A DNA stretch of 64,000 nucleotides from the human T2T-CHM13v2.0 reference genome, Homo sapiens. A program made the position numbers and the translations under genes. Shown here piece by piece: positions 43,201 through 58,869 of the stretch. A model generated the notes under the pieces. That model was not told the origin of the DNA, made no database searches, and worked only from the letters and a program-made list of their open reading frames with translations. Position 1 is the first letter of the stretch. Every line of letters begins with the position of its first letter. The DNA lies in NCBI RefSeq assembly GCF_009914755.1, contig NC_060933.1, one strand, 5' to 3'.

Positions 43201-46200
43201 CACCAGTTGCCTGTCATTGTTCCTTTCCTACCCTGTCCCTTATGTGCAGTTCAAGAATATTTAATGCTAAAATATCTGTAAATAAAACCTTCAGAATTCC
43301 CTCTACCTCCCTGATTCAACTGAGATCTAAGTTAATATTTTCAGAAAAGAAGATAATTTTTTCCTTGTGTTTCTGTTGATTAAAGTTAACGTTACATAAA
43401 ATGTAATTTTACTTTTACATTAATTAGAACAGCTTATCTGGATATTAGTCTTTGATTCCCAGTAAAGGTAAGTGAACAAACCAGGGAATGACAAAAGACA
43501 GACAATGGAAGGATTTTTTGAATTTAAGAACTAGCCAAAGAGCTAAACATTTGCATAGCCATTATTTCGACTGAAACTTCCTTTAAATGTGTTTCCTTTC
43601 AAGCCAGCATACATGAAAAGTGACCTCTTATCCACTTACATACCTACCCAGAAGTCATGTGATAGCGTTTTACGTCAAGCTGTCAATTATGATAACAGAC
43701 ACAATAAGAACAGCCCAAGTGTTGATAGCCTGCTTCCTGACTGTATTGAAAAGTTTGTTCATAGTCCACTTGTGTCCTTTTAATTGCTTGCCTCTAATAA
43801 ATGACTACCTTTCCAATGGTAGTACCAAGCTTTGGCTTTGCCATTTGCCAGGACAAATATTATAAGAAGATTTAAACTAATATCTTAGTTTAAAAAAATC
43901 CTACAGAAGTAATTTCTTAAAAAGGCCATTTTGTGTAACAGAAATTTTCAGTGTAATGAGAAGTACTTTCAAATTCTAGTTTTAAAAACAAAAGTGTTAT
44001 AAGAAAAGTGTTGAAACAATTTAAATATACACTAGACCAGTAATTGAAATTCAAATAATAGCATTATATAGTCATGCAAGAGATGTAACATGCTGAAGCC
44101 CAAGCACCAATAAAATCCATGCAACTGTGAGAAGTAATGCAAAGACCTGAATTGATCAGGCCACTGATTCATTAGCTCTTATTATAGGTAATATATATAT
44201 AGTCAGGAGATTATAATTTTGAGATTATGAAAATAAGACCGATTTCTTATAAACTAGACTTTACTTGACTTTATTGTCTCACTTAGGGAAGGCAAAAGTG
44301 AGCTCCTAATTTATTCAGTTGAAATCTCAAATATACATCAAAGGTTAATATGTACTTCAATGGCTTGTTTGAATGGTGAACTTTTATTTCTAAACAAGAA
44401 GCTTCTTAGCTGCAAACTTTTTATTTCCAACTTACAATGAGATTTTTAAATATATGTTGATGTACAATAGTAAGAATTTAGGCTCTTATTATGACCTTAG
44501 ACTCAAATGTAATGGTGATAATCAAATTAGCCAGATTCTCTTGTATTAATACTACCAAACTTTCTATGATAGCAAAGGAAAGAGGCCTGAAATTAGCAAC
44601 TCACTATGAGGTAGACCAGATAAGAAACTGGTGCTAATTCAAGTAAGTTGTCTCTTATTATTCATCCATGCTAAAATTGTTAGACTGAATTATAAAATAA
44701 TTTCTATATTTCCTAAGCAACATCCAACACTCTGATTGATAGTTCCCATTTTCTCAGGGAGATAAAATTTGGGAAACGTGGTTCCTTCATTGCCTATCAT
44801 AACGAATTTGCACAATGTGTTCGTGAATTATAAAGTATGAGAGAGAAAAGGATATACTGCATTTTACTGAACTTCTATGAAGTTAAGTCGGGGCGGGGGG
44901 GTGTTCCACATTTCTGAAAATGTTCCAAACCATAAAAAGACATTTCTCAGCAGAGACTAATCAGTTCAGTTTGCCAAAGCAGGACCCATGAGTTCTTCAA
45001 GCCACCAAAACCATCTTCCAATAGAAAAGTTAAAGAAGAATGAAGCTCCAACTGAAGTTCTGATTTTAAGATTTCCCCCATGCCAATAGCGAATGCAATA
45101 ACTAAACCAATAATCCCAAAGACAGACTAGTTCTAGACTTGAAAAGTATTCAAGATTGTGTTAAGAGATAAAGAAAAAGTCTAAAGTCAAATACTGATCA
45201 GCTGGTATGTGCTGACTATTGTGACTGATTAGAGAGGATTATTTTTAATGGCAGATTATCAACTGGTTTACATGAACCTTTTTGAAATAGTCTCCAGGAC
45301 TATGTGAATTTATTTTTTAGATTCAAATGAGATATATTTTCAGTGATAGGTGAACTTTCTTCCAGTCAGAATAAACTAGTATTCCCAAGCAGTTAGCAAC
45401 CAATGCCATCAGCAATAATTATTATAAAAAGGAACACAAAGATGTATAATTACTAATAACAATTGTCTGTGTACCAAGTAAATGATATGAAAGTGTATAC
45501 TTTTAGTATTCAGATTTGACACTATGAATGTATTACTCTTACAGGTGAAGTACAGGGTTCATTTTAACATTAGAAAGCTTTTCATCTTAATTTGATAATG
45601 CTAGTAAGCTTATGTATTAGAAAATGACCAGATTGGAAACTCCACTGTAGTATCATCTTGTGGAAAGATTATTTATAAAATAGTCAAAATTACATGACCA
45701 CTTTAAATTTATCATTAACTCTAATTTATGTAGGCTCTATTAAAGTTCTTTTCTAAGAAAAACAACACTCAAAACTACACATCAGTACTTTTCATAACCT
45801 AAAAGGATAAATCTTTATAAAGCAGCCACCATGAACTGAAGAATGTACCTGGTGACGATATTTATTCTTAAAGGATCATGTATATTAAAGGCTATAGGGA
45901 ATGTTTAAAAGAACCCTCTCAGACTAAAGCACTGCCTTTCTAATTTTGAATTTCTCCTAGCTAATATAACATGATTGATTACCTTTATTTCATGTACCCC
46001 TTGATTTTCCTTTTCATTCATCATTGAGTGCTTTAAACCAAATGCATTTAGAAACTGCCTCTAGAAGAATGGTCTCTTTTAAATCTTTGTAAAGTAATGA
46101 AAGGACACAGTAAATCAATCTCATTTCTACTGAAGGAAAGAATAATCTTTACTGAAGTCATTTAAACTATTTCTGTTTCTTTATTCCTGGATAGTAAACA

Positions 46201-48454
46201 TAAAACTTCATTTCTATAATTCTTTTAAAATTTGAAAGGCTAAAATGAATAGGCTTTTGACTCTAGCCTTAGTTTACTAATATACATCTATAGCATGATA
46301 TGCATTTATTTACAGGTATTTTCTGCATGCCTCAAAACTGGAGTTCATTATAAAATAAAGCATATATGGGCTTCTTCAAATTAAAAAGCAGCACTAACTC
46401 TATCATTACATAGAGGACAAATTATCTGTCTGCATGGTATTTAACATTTTCAGCTATAAAGAACTTTTTTTTGCTTCCAAAGATTAATATATATCATGTA
46501 TCCCATAAGTATTAACTATAGTTGACTGAACAAAACGTATTCACATTGTAAGTGGTCTCGATTCAATGTTGTCCACTTAAATAAGTGGCTGTCTTCTTTG
46601 ATTTTAAAATAGTTTATAGTTCTAGAACTCATAGTTTTTAAAATATATCATGTGCCAGAATGCTATCTACATTAAAATTCATATTTTCATGATGCTTGCT
46701 AAGTTTTCTTGATATATTTTTAGATATGTGAAAGAAGTAATTCTTATGTTAATGGACTTTAGTAATCATAATTACATGAGGCTTCGACATTTATCATAAG
46801 GGATAAGAAAATTAAAGCTGCCATAGGTTAGGGTAGTGGAGGAGGAAGGCTGCCTCCAAATACATGGAATTGGTCAGAGTATTCTAACTAGCATTTGGGG
46901 CTAAAGGTTTAAATAATGGAGGCATGTTTTATGCATTAAAAATTAACTGGAAATTAGAGATGTGTCATAAAGAATAATGCAAATCCCATGAGAAAAATAT
47001 TCCTGAGAATATGTGTAATGATTTTTAAAAGAACAAGTTTCTAAACTTATACATCCTGCATATGTTTTTTAAAAAACACAATGGACACATACATCTGTCA
47101 AATAGAACCATATTCTAGTAATTATAACTCATTTCGTGTTATAACAATTTTAGAGGTGAAAAAAAAGCAACATTCCAGAGAATTATGTTGAGAAGCCAAT
47201 GGCTGGCAAAACCACTAATTATTATTATTTGGTATTTTCATAACTGTGTACAGATGTTTTCAGTTAGTTCTCACTCTTTTGGTTTGTTTTGTTTTGCTTT
47301 TTTTAAACCTGGCAAAACATCAAGTATTCTGAATAAGCTATCATCTTTATGATTTTCTCTGAGCTCTGCATGTGGTGACCTCTAATATGCAGTCTGCCCC
47401 CTTGGGCTGCAACTGGAAAGGACTTGAGAACTCCACACCAAGCACAGTTGAGGTAGGTCACAACAAGGGTATGTGAGGTGAACAGATCAAGAATGAAGTA
47501 AGTGGGCAAAAGTATCTTACTACCTACACAAAAAGTCATATATATGCACAGGCAACTTATAAATAAAGAGCGAGTTAGTTAACACCAGCTCTTTATTATT
47601 TATTATAGCCTAATTTTCCCCTATGTAATATTTTGCATACTGTTAATTTCAAACTGCTCTGCTATCAAAACTTGAGAGCAGCAAACATATGCATCATAAA
47701 ATATATTTAAATTCGGAACTGTTTAGAATTACGTCTCTTATCCTGTAACTAGAATCGTGGGATTTCTACATTGGTATGGTCCATGCTTTTGACTGTGGCT
47801 GATCTGTTTATAAGCCACCATTAATCCTGGCTGTATGTTTTCACAGTTTGGGTAAACACTTCATTTGCATTAAATTTACAGCATTAATGAGATGTGAAAT
47901 TTAAAATGCTACTAGAAACATAAATGATGTAAGAAAGCAGAACCAAAAAAAAGTGTTTTATCACATCTGAAATCAGTAAACCAATTTAAAGCTATTAAAA
48001 TAATAGGAATGAAGTGTCGCCTGAGATTTTAACTTCGTAACTCATCGTCTTGGACTAAAATACAAATGTGAGGAGCAAAACATCTGGAAAATAAGAAATC
48101 ACTCAAAAACTCGAATTATATACTGCTTCTATTCTAGTTGGCTTTAAAACAGTTTGCAGTTTTTGTCTTTGAAAGCTATAGTCTGTAAGTTCTCAATAGC
48201 CAATGAGACTGAGAAAAATACACTTTGGCTGAAACACTATTACTCATGGATGTTATCAATATATGCTACAGAGATGGAAAAGGTCATGAGCCAATTTGAG
48301 AAACTCTACTCAAAGAGGTGAGAAACAAAGGATCAATGAGAAAAAATTCTGGGAAATGAAATGATCAGTTTTGGTCTCAGAAGCCCCGGGAGCCCCCTTC
48401 TGAGTCCGGATCTGAGAGGCAACATGGAGAAGCACGGAAGCGAAAGCGTGGCTA

Positions 48455-48571
<117 letters not shown>

Positions 48572-51500
48572 TTAAGGAAGAACAAAAACAAAGATAAAAA
48601 TTGTGAACTATCAGAACGAACACCCTGTCCATGTATAAGAAACCCAGAGAAGTGGGATTTGCAACCAAAAAAAAAAAGTGTCTTCATTTCTCTTCTCTTT
48701 TGTCTGAGTGAACACCAAGTGATAGAAAAGAAATAATAATTGACTTCAAATCAACTAGTTTATTCCCCCTAAAAAATCTATCCAGTAAAGCAGATCTCAT
48801 ACTTCAGTGTGGGTGTCTCACACTTACATGCTCTAGTAACTGTCCTGTGGAGGTACTAAGGATTGGATAAATAGAAGGGCCCTGTTCCTAGACGTACTTT
48901 TTCACCAGATAGTAGTTGTCTAATATAAAATAATCAATGATGGTATATGATTCTAAATGTAAAGCAGACTGAAAGTCCGCCAGGAAAAAGTGACAGCTTT
49001 TAATGATGGAATTTAAGCAGATGTTCTTAATGATATGGGATGGAAAATGTCTTTCTTAAAAGTTTTGCTAAAAAGGAAATCAAATCTTACTATCATGAAG
49101 GAGAAGCCTGTATCATGTAGAATGAATCAGCTCGGTATTTTACCTGTGAAAATGGCCTCAAGTCTGATAGGAATGTTTTTGAAAAAAAGTACTTCCCATA
49201 AGCACACATACAAAAATCAATTACTTGTAACTGATCCAGGAAGAAAGCTGATGCACCTTTAAATAGTTGGCCACTAGGTAGTAAGTATATATGGTGACTA
49301 TTCCTTACATTGTTATAGTCTCATTTGCAAGTACTTTTTGTACAACTGCTTTTTGCTTTTTGGTATAGAGTAAATTTTTCACACACACAAAAAAAAAATG
49401 AATAGGGAGCTACTCCTAAAGACTTTTGTTACTTTTCACAAGGAAAGGACTGAGGTATCTTCCCAGAACTAGGCAATCCCACTGCTCCATATTACCATAT
49501 ATTACCTTTATTGTTCTGAAGAAAGCTACACTGTTTGGTTTAAAACCACCAGATTAATGAGGAATCCAGGCTTCATTTTAAATGAACTGGCTTTCTAAAA
49601 CCAATATATTAATTCTGCCTTGTTCACTTAAAGGACTGCAGAATTTGATCCATGGAAGCTTTTTTAGGTCAACTTTTTAAAAACAGTGAAGATGCTCACA
49701 ATTCATATTTTAATTGCTCCTGAATAAGGGGACATGCAAGGCAGCCATCAGCAACCAGTGACCCCTACTCAATCTCCAAGCCTCTGGAATTCACCACACC
49801 TCACAGACAGCCGGAGATGAGCCTCACCCTTACAGAAGAGCACCAAATCTATGCTGCTTTTTCTTTTCAACTATGAGAAAGAGCCTTCCTTGGCTTCTGT
49901 GTTTTCTTTGACCATAGTACTATATCAATTCAATGACCAGTTTTTTATTACTGGTGGTGCCTAAGAAGCTGGAGCTACAAGCTTGTTTATAGGAAAGAAA
50001 AACTACTCACTATGTTTCTTTTATGTAGGAGTGGAAAATGGACTGATGCAGCCATCTTTATACAACCAAGATACTCCTTTTGAATATTTTGTAATTTTAC
50101 TAGTCAAATCAGATCCCTTTTTGAACAACCTGTATGTAAGTATAAAAACAATTCATTAACAAACAGGCTGAGGGTACTCCTATAAGTGAACTGTGATCAT
50201 TTGGGTCTGATCCTCTCCTGAATCTCTTCTATTAATAACACCACAAGAGTAGGCATCAGAGTTTCTAGAACTTGGTTTTGACCATTTATCCTGTGATAAT
50301 CTTTCAACTACTTAAAAAAAAATCTTTGTTTTCTGTGTGCTTTTATTTAAATTGCTGACATTGTTTGCTCAAAGATGTGAAGACATCCACTTTTAAAATG
50401 AGTACTTAGTGTTTTGGTGACTGTAATGCACATAGCAAACCTCTAGAACAAAATAATTTTTAGTTTTTCCTGAGTAGGTCGCATCCATCTGTGCATTCAG
50501 GGAAGTATTCTAAGCATTAAGAATTACTGATGGGTATTACAAGCCTATAGGAACTTATTAATTGACGGGGCTCATGAATTTTGAGAAAGAAATGCTGAAT
50601 TCACTGTACAAAGTATTGTCCATTTTTCTTATAGGGTTCCTTCCTAGTCTTTCAGAAACCATAAAAAAAAAAGAGCATCTTTCCAATGGCTGAGAAAGAA
50701 TGAGTGGTGCATGCCTCTGATTGTCTCTGATTCACATGGAAATTTCAAGATCATGGGGATTTTCTTGCTCTAAGAAAGAAAAAAAAAAGGTTTGAATTGA
50801 AGATATCTGTATAATTGGTGAGGTGCATGCTAATTCCACCAATTCGATAGCTTTATCCATTCTACTTCACCAATTTGTACATTCCAGCTCCAGTACTAAG
50901 AAGCTGACAGTTGGGTGAAACCACCTCAAAATTAATTTCTTCTATACTTCTAAGTATTTTACATGAAAAAACAAAGGAATGATGCGGCTTATTGGTACGT
51001 GTTAGGAAGGTTCACTGGCTAAATCTCTGACATTTAAATGTTATGGCCACACTAAAAAGCACAGTATTTGATGTACCAATGATAAGCAAAATAATCAAAA
51101 GGTTTTAAAAAAAAAGCTTGCAGATAGTGAAAGTACAGGTAGCTTACATGTGCCTAATACTAAGTTTTGAAATGTCCTCATCTGTTCCCAACCTTATGCG
51201 ACTGTTTTTAACAATGACATAACCTACAATGATGTAAACATGCAATTACCTTACAGAGGCACTGATTCCATCTGCTTTGTGAAGGGGCTTGATTTCTATA
51301 GGAATGCTCCAATAAGTACCAATTACCTAATCTCTCTTTGGGTGATACGAAAACTTTGTATTCTGCGTTATGTTACTCAGTGCAATTTCAATGTATACCT
51401 TGAACAAGCAGGCATGACTTATTATTTTTGTTATAGCTGTTAACTTAAACAAGTGAGCTTCTCCCTTTTCAAATATGATTCACTGACTGGAATTTGAGAA

Positions 51501-51666
51501 GAGAGAGCCTGTGATAGCAGGGCCACATCCATGCCTGCTAGCTCCACTTAAATGAGAAATCTCCATCTGGTCAGGTAGCTGGAAAAATTGCCGTGTTTTC
51601 CACCTTGGATCAGATATCCAATGGTGCCTCTGATGGACATTTCTCATTTCCTATGGAAATACTTAC

Positions 51667-51693
51667 TGGTTGCTGTAGGTGAAGCTGCCTCAC
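51667..51693 (-). CDS. NFIB: 27-nt in-frame extension of NFIB exon 9 via a second donor (adds GEAASPTAT)
   Basis: Second donor ACCA|gtaagt 27 nt downstream of the first; no stop; matches the long NFIB isoform as I recall it. Confidence 0.8.
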
Positions 51694-51832
51694 CTTCAGT
51701 GGATGTAGTGATGGGTTTAGTATCTGTCATGCTCAGGGTCACAGGTCGCACTGCACTGGGATGGGGAGAGGGTGCCAAGACAGGAGTGAAATGGCCAGGC
51801 ACTTTCCCTACTACTTGACCACTGCCGTTAGG
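51694..51832 (-). CDS. NFIB: NFIB alternative coding exon (~exon 9, 139 nt): [46 protein letters not shown]
   Basis: Acceptor gtttttgttttgtag|CCTAAC, donor GAAG|gtgagg; continues the frame of the previous exon. Confidence 0.93.
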
Positions 51833-54800
51833 CTACAAAACAAAAACAGAATGCCGGGTGAAGCAATCCAAAAGGCAGTCATCTTGTTCAACAAGTCCAC
51901 TCAGCACACACGACTGTGTGGATCCAGCACACTGCGCATAGGCGCCACACAGGCCCTCTCGAGTCGGAGTCGGAGAGGCCAGTCAATGGTTGGTAGTAAT
52001 AAGGAGCAGCAGCATTTCAAAGAAGGTTTTCATCTTCAAAGCACGTCATGGTATAGGTGAATTCCTCTTTACAGCACCCCTGAGAGCCAGGTAGACTTGA
52101 TCCTTTCATGTAGTAGGCCAAGAAACTCAAGTGCAGACTTAAATGCTTAGCCCAAAGGCTAAAATGGAATTCCTTACTGAACTAGCTACAGTTGGAACCC
52201 AATGCTTCCTTATTCTCTGCTCTTCATTTTCTATAATGAGTCAGTTTTGGCTTTTAGAACACAATTTTCACCTACATGATGATATCACTGAAACAAAGGA
52301 CACAAAAATATCTAGGAGATCAAATACAACGAATTCTGGAATTTTCATCATTTACAGTCAAGAACCATTCTCCTGCATACAAAACTCTAGCTCTCTTACA
52401 CACAGGTGTGCTGAGATGCACACATTAGGCAATTTAGATTCCGAGATCTATGGTCAACTTTTGATGATTTACTAATACAAGAAGATAGAATAAGATGTAA
52501 AGCATCTAAAATTTCAGAGGTCATACAATGATATAAAATGCTGAGCTACGTTTGTCCTTACACCTACAAATAAAAGATTTCCAAAGTAAATTAAACTGTA
52601 CTGAGGGGAAGCAGAGGACAAGCAAATGAGCATTGTTATTTGAGTTACTCTTACATCCATGGTGGTGCATGGAGAGTTACACAAAACATTTCTTGTTGAC
52701 ATTTGTGAGAATTAACTGAGAAAATCCCCTGGGCAATGATAGAAAAGATGTTACTATCTGAGTTTTAGCTCCTGGGTACAAAAATAGTTTCCGTGGTAGG
52801 AAACAAAATCCTAAGGATACACTCTTTGAAGAAATAGTGGAATATATTTTTCTAGACTGAGAATGTTATTTTTGATTATACCCATGTTGGAATTCTCCAC
52901 TGCACGGTGTTCATCGCAATTTGCTGGGAGGCTATTCTCGGCAAGTATATAGTCTTTATAATCTGAACTGTTAAAGGCAAAAAAAAAATGAAGCAGAATA
53001 TTTTTCTAAATATCTGCACATAAATTACAAGTAGACATTTATTTAGAGAAAAAGATGAACAGCTAATAACACTTAAATATTGTGACTTAGAGACATGAAC
53101 TAAGTCTTCGGTTAGGCTCCTCAGAGGCCACATTATTTATTCTATAAAGAAAATGGACTTCCTGAATATCCTGATTATTCATCATGGGTAATTTTAAGTA
53201 TTTAACTTGATGTCAGGAAAATTGACCAGAGTTTTCCAATATGGAAACCTATGGGAGAGTTACATCTTTAAACTAATTTTATTCAAAATATTCCATTGAA
53301 TAGCATGACTGTCTCACTATAATTGGTGCAGCAGTAATGCAATTAATCTCAAAATTGCTGTGGGGAGGAAAAGGCATCTCAGTTGCTTATCTTAAAAATC
53401 AAAATCAGTGCAGTGCTGGAGAATATTGGGAAGCAACAGCTGACTAGAAGTGAATGGTGAAGGAATACTGATGTTTTTCCATTTCTAAAGCTAAAATGGT
53501 AAATACCAAGAATTCTAATTTGAAATGCAAATTAATTGGTTTTGAGTTGGAGTTAAAAATCAAAGCAGATACACTGTTCCTTAAAAAAAAAATCTGCAGT
53601 TAACTATAAAGACCCATTTTTCCTTTCAAAGGGAAAAAGTAGTTTGTTTCTACAGCAGGCCATCCATTTCTGGTTATCTGAACACTGGAAATAAGTGCTT
53701 TAAATATCTTAAGAAAGAAGACAGGTCTCATTTTATCATTGGTGGTACATTCAATGGTAAAAATGTTTCTACATACAGTGTTCACCAAAACAGTCTGAAA
53801 GTACCTACCTGGAACAAAATGTCTGGAGCAGAATGACAATAATTTCAAGGAAATGCTGCCACCAAATATATTATCCTACCCTGACCATTCTACAAACTTC
53901 ACCTACTGGAATTGAACAACATGAACTAGTAGACACTTCTCTCATTTGAAAAGAATAAAGGTGACAAAGAAAGAATTCCCAAGTCAATGCAGACAACTTT
54001 CCTAAAACTCAGGGTGAGAAGAATTGAGGGCTATTTTCTCCTCAGTTTTCTACTGGTTCAAACAGATGAAGCTACACTAAAAATTTCTATCTTTTAAGGC
54101 TGTTAATAGATGAACTTTCATACTGTAGATAGAAAAGAGAGATGTCTTGTCTGAAGGTGAAGCTAACAGCATTAGGAAAGGATTATTCTACTTTATACAC
54201 GGTTCCTATTATACAAAATCCTGAGAGTTTTTTTGTTGCTAGTTTTTCTTTTTCTTTTTTTTTTTTTTTTGAGATGAGAGTAATATGCTTCCTTAGAAGG
54301 TGATATGTATCTTGAAAAAGTGAAGAAAAACTGAGAACAATATAGGCAGATTATCACCTAATATGCCCTCTTAACTTATAAAGAAATTGAAATATACGTA
54401 AAACAAGCACTGAATAATTAAAGAAATGTGTAACACTAAGGGCCTGATTTTAATTTGCATAATTTTTCCCCTAACAGTGCCTAATTAAGACATCAGTTAA
54501 AAAAAAAATCCAATGGAACTCTAAGATTTTCCACACTGAATTAACGTTAAGGACTTTTAATGGATGTCTTAATTAGACTTTGTTATTCACGGAAATTCTA
54601 CACAAATTAAAATCAGACCTTGTGTGCACTGTTCCCAGCTGAGTCTAGCAAAATGCTCTATGGAACTGAGACTTCTGAATCCATGAGCTGACAACAAATT
54701 TTATTTCTAAACGATATACTAAGATCCCACTCTCACTTAGCTGTCTTTAGTACTTCAGTCATGAAAAGTGCTACAACATTTTAACATTTTCTTCTAAAAT

Positions 54801-55853
54801 ACAAATAATAATTTTAACTTCAAATTCAAAATTCAATATTGAGTTTAATATCTCAGTCAGTCAAACTAAAAGTAATGATAACTTTTTAAGTAACCCAAAG
54901 GGTCCTGGATGCGTTGTTATTCTAAATTAAAAGTTCAGAAAGGACCATTTTGTTTCATTTTAACAAATTAAGACCAAAGGGATTTTTTTCTCACCTTTCT
55001 TTGCTAATTTAAATTGATAGACACACACTATTTACTAGCATTTCAGGAATGTTCCACCGTAGTAATGACGGAATGTTTGTGAAAATTCTCCAAAATATTA
55101 AAAGGTATAATAAGTGGACAGGAGTCTTAGAGGTAAAGCAGCAAAGCTAAATATCAGATCCTAATATCAAAATTACATTACATGTTTTAGATATTACAAT
55201 TATTGATAGCCCCAGGTCTGGCACAAAGACTGTCTACTTGATTGTGGAAAATGCTCATATACCAAATTCCTATGAAGTAACCTCTTGGTAGAAGAAACCA
55301 TATGTCTAGGGGAGTGAGAAATGCTCATGAGTCACTACACTTACAAAATGAATCCCCAAAACCACTGCACAATGTTTCCAAAAAAAAGAAAGACGCTTCT
55401 AGTAATGTCACTCATTATTAAATGTAAGTCATGTCTCTGCAAAGAATATTCAAGTAGTCATCAAACACTGAGAATGTTTACATTACCAAAGCTTATTTTA
55501 ATACCTAATAGTTGGTCTATAAATACAACTGTAAGTTCTTTTGTGTGTGTTTATTTTAGCACATACCTTACTCCTGCCTGAAATAAGCACATTGTCTCTG
55601 TGTCAAACCAGGTATTTAAGAGGTGTGAACTCCAGCCCAGAGCTTTCCTGTCAATGTACTTTCTGCATAAACTTTCCCTTCAGTCAGTGAAAATCCAAAA
55701 ACATTAAACCATCTTCACAAATGTACCCTTTGGGGCAACACACTTCCTACCTGTCATTCAGCCACCTTTAAATAAAAACTTATTGAGTCACCAAGCAACT
55801 TCCTGAAGATGGATTTCAAGGCTTGACGTTCTGCCAGACACACTGTCTGACTA

Positions 55854-56150
<297 letters not shown>

Positions 56151-56466
56151 TTACCTTATTGCTCCATTCTGATCCTGAAGAATGCTGTGAAACTACAAAA
56201 CTGGTAACCATTCATTTTTGTCCCCATGATTTAACCAAGCTCTCCTAAATCAACAGTTACTTTTTCATTTTTATTCTCAACACCAGTACGGCTAACTACA
56301 CAGAGATAAAACATCACTCTAGAAAATTAACAATCTTGCTTCCTGGCTCTGTGAGTGGTTACAAAATCAGTTTCTCTTTTATAGGTTATGTCAATACTTG
56401 ATAAAACACTTCTTTGAGCAAAGATATATCCCGTTGAAAACATATTCTTTGATTATAAAATCTTTA

Positions 56467-56847
<381 letters not shown>

Positions 56848-57812
56848 TTAAGTAGAGGGCAAAAGAGCCAAAAATTTTCTACCAAAATTAAAAACAAAAG
56901 TGAAATTCAATTTCAAATAAAACGTTTCCCTGTACATCCTACCTGGCAATTGTTTAGAAGGAAAGACAATAACTAATACAACATCATCTCATGTCATTTA
57001 TAATTGTCTGGTCATGGTATAAATGCTTATGAACATTGGAACATAGAGCTAGAAACTCTCCTAATGAAAATGTTTCTTTCAAAACCAAAAGAGCTCTATT
57101 CTGCAACTATTTTTCTTTCTACTTTAACTTTTACTATATGTAGTTTAAAAGATATTGTTAATATAAAACCAAGAATAAAACACACAGCAATGAAAATTTA
57201 AGCTTTCATATAGGTAAGTATATTACTTTACCCATATATCACATATTTTATAATAATTTTATAAAGGGAAATACTATATAAAACACATGCAATGTGGACA
57301 ATGTTCAATTTTACTATAACTTCTCAACATTAGTATTCTTATAATTTATTGTTCAGTTTTTGAAATATAAATCTTAAGTTTGAAAGATGGAGAAAGAGTG
57401 TAATCGTATGATCATTATCTCTAAAATGTTGAGAGAAATAATCATAGAAATACAAATTAAAACTACCAACAAATATATGTAGAAGTGAAAAGTAAATGTC
57501 TTTCTATTTTAATATTTCCCAATTCAAATAATAGGAAATTATAAACGATAAATGTCTAATGTTTTATGAGACAACTTAAAGAATATGAAAAAAAATAAAT
57601 TTTAGCCATAACCTACAAAGGGAAATCACCTAGAATGATTTATTTCCAACTTTGAAACTATGTGGGTGGGGGGGTGGGACCTATTTATGGGATGTATTGC
57701 TTACCTCTCCCAAAAAAAACTTTTTCAGAAGATATAAGAAATTAAGAATGTATAGAATAGAAAAAACATAAATTCAATTTTATAGTCACGACTTTGTTCT
57801 CTGAACGTCCAG

Positions 57813-57972
57813 AGCACTGTTTCTGAAATTCTCTGTATTGTTCTTACAATGCAGATCCCTTGGTCTACACACAGACCTAGGGGATCAGGACCTCTAGGGG
57901 TAAGGCACCAAAATGTATATTTTAAATAAGTGTCCATGTAATCTTCCTACATACTGAAGTTTGAGCATCCTC
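57813..57972. mobile_element. MER5-like DNA transposon fragment
   Basis: aatgcagatccct...cagacct...atcag..tctctagggg...tgtatattttaaataag...aagtttgag motifs. Confidence 0.6.
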
Positions 57973-58452
57973 CATCAAATGTATGCATTTCAGAGAACAA
58001 ATGCGTATTTCTTAAAACAAAACTCTTTACTGAAGTATTACTTTATTTAAGAAGTATACCCATTTGAAAGTATCATTTAAGGAAATACAAACATCTAAGA
58101 AAAACTGGGCATCTTTTACTTAGTGTCTAAATGCTCTTAATCTCAGCTCATTTTAACCATGATTTTTGCTCACATCTGTACACAAACCCTGGAAAGATAT
58201 ATACATAGTTCCATCTTGGGTCCTTTAGCTTTTGAGATTAATTTGGCCTTAATAGTTCTGGAGGAGATCTATTTTCAAGTGAAATTGCAGAAATCAAACC
58301 CGAACTCACATCTATGGGCAACCTGGCACTGTGCTTGCATGAGCTGTAGGTGGCCTGATACCACTGGGTAAAATGTCGTATTTCAAACTGAGAGTAAAAA
58401 TGACTACCTTTTCCATAAAAGCCATTCTAGTCCTTTAAAAATAAGAAAAGCA

Positions 58453-58849
<397 letters not shown>

Positions 58850-58869
58850 TTATTGCAAAGCCTTATTGT

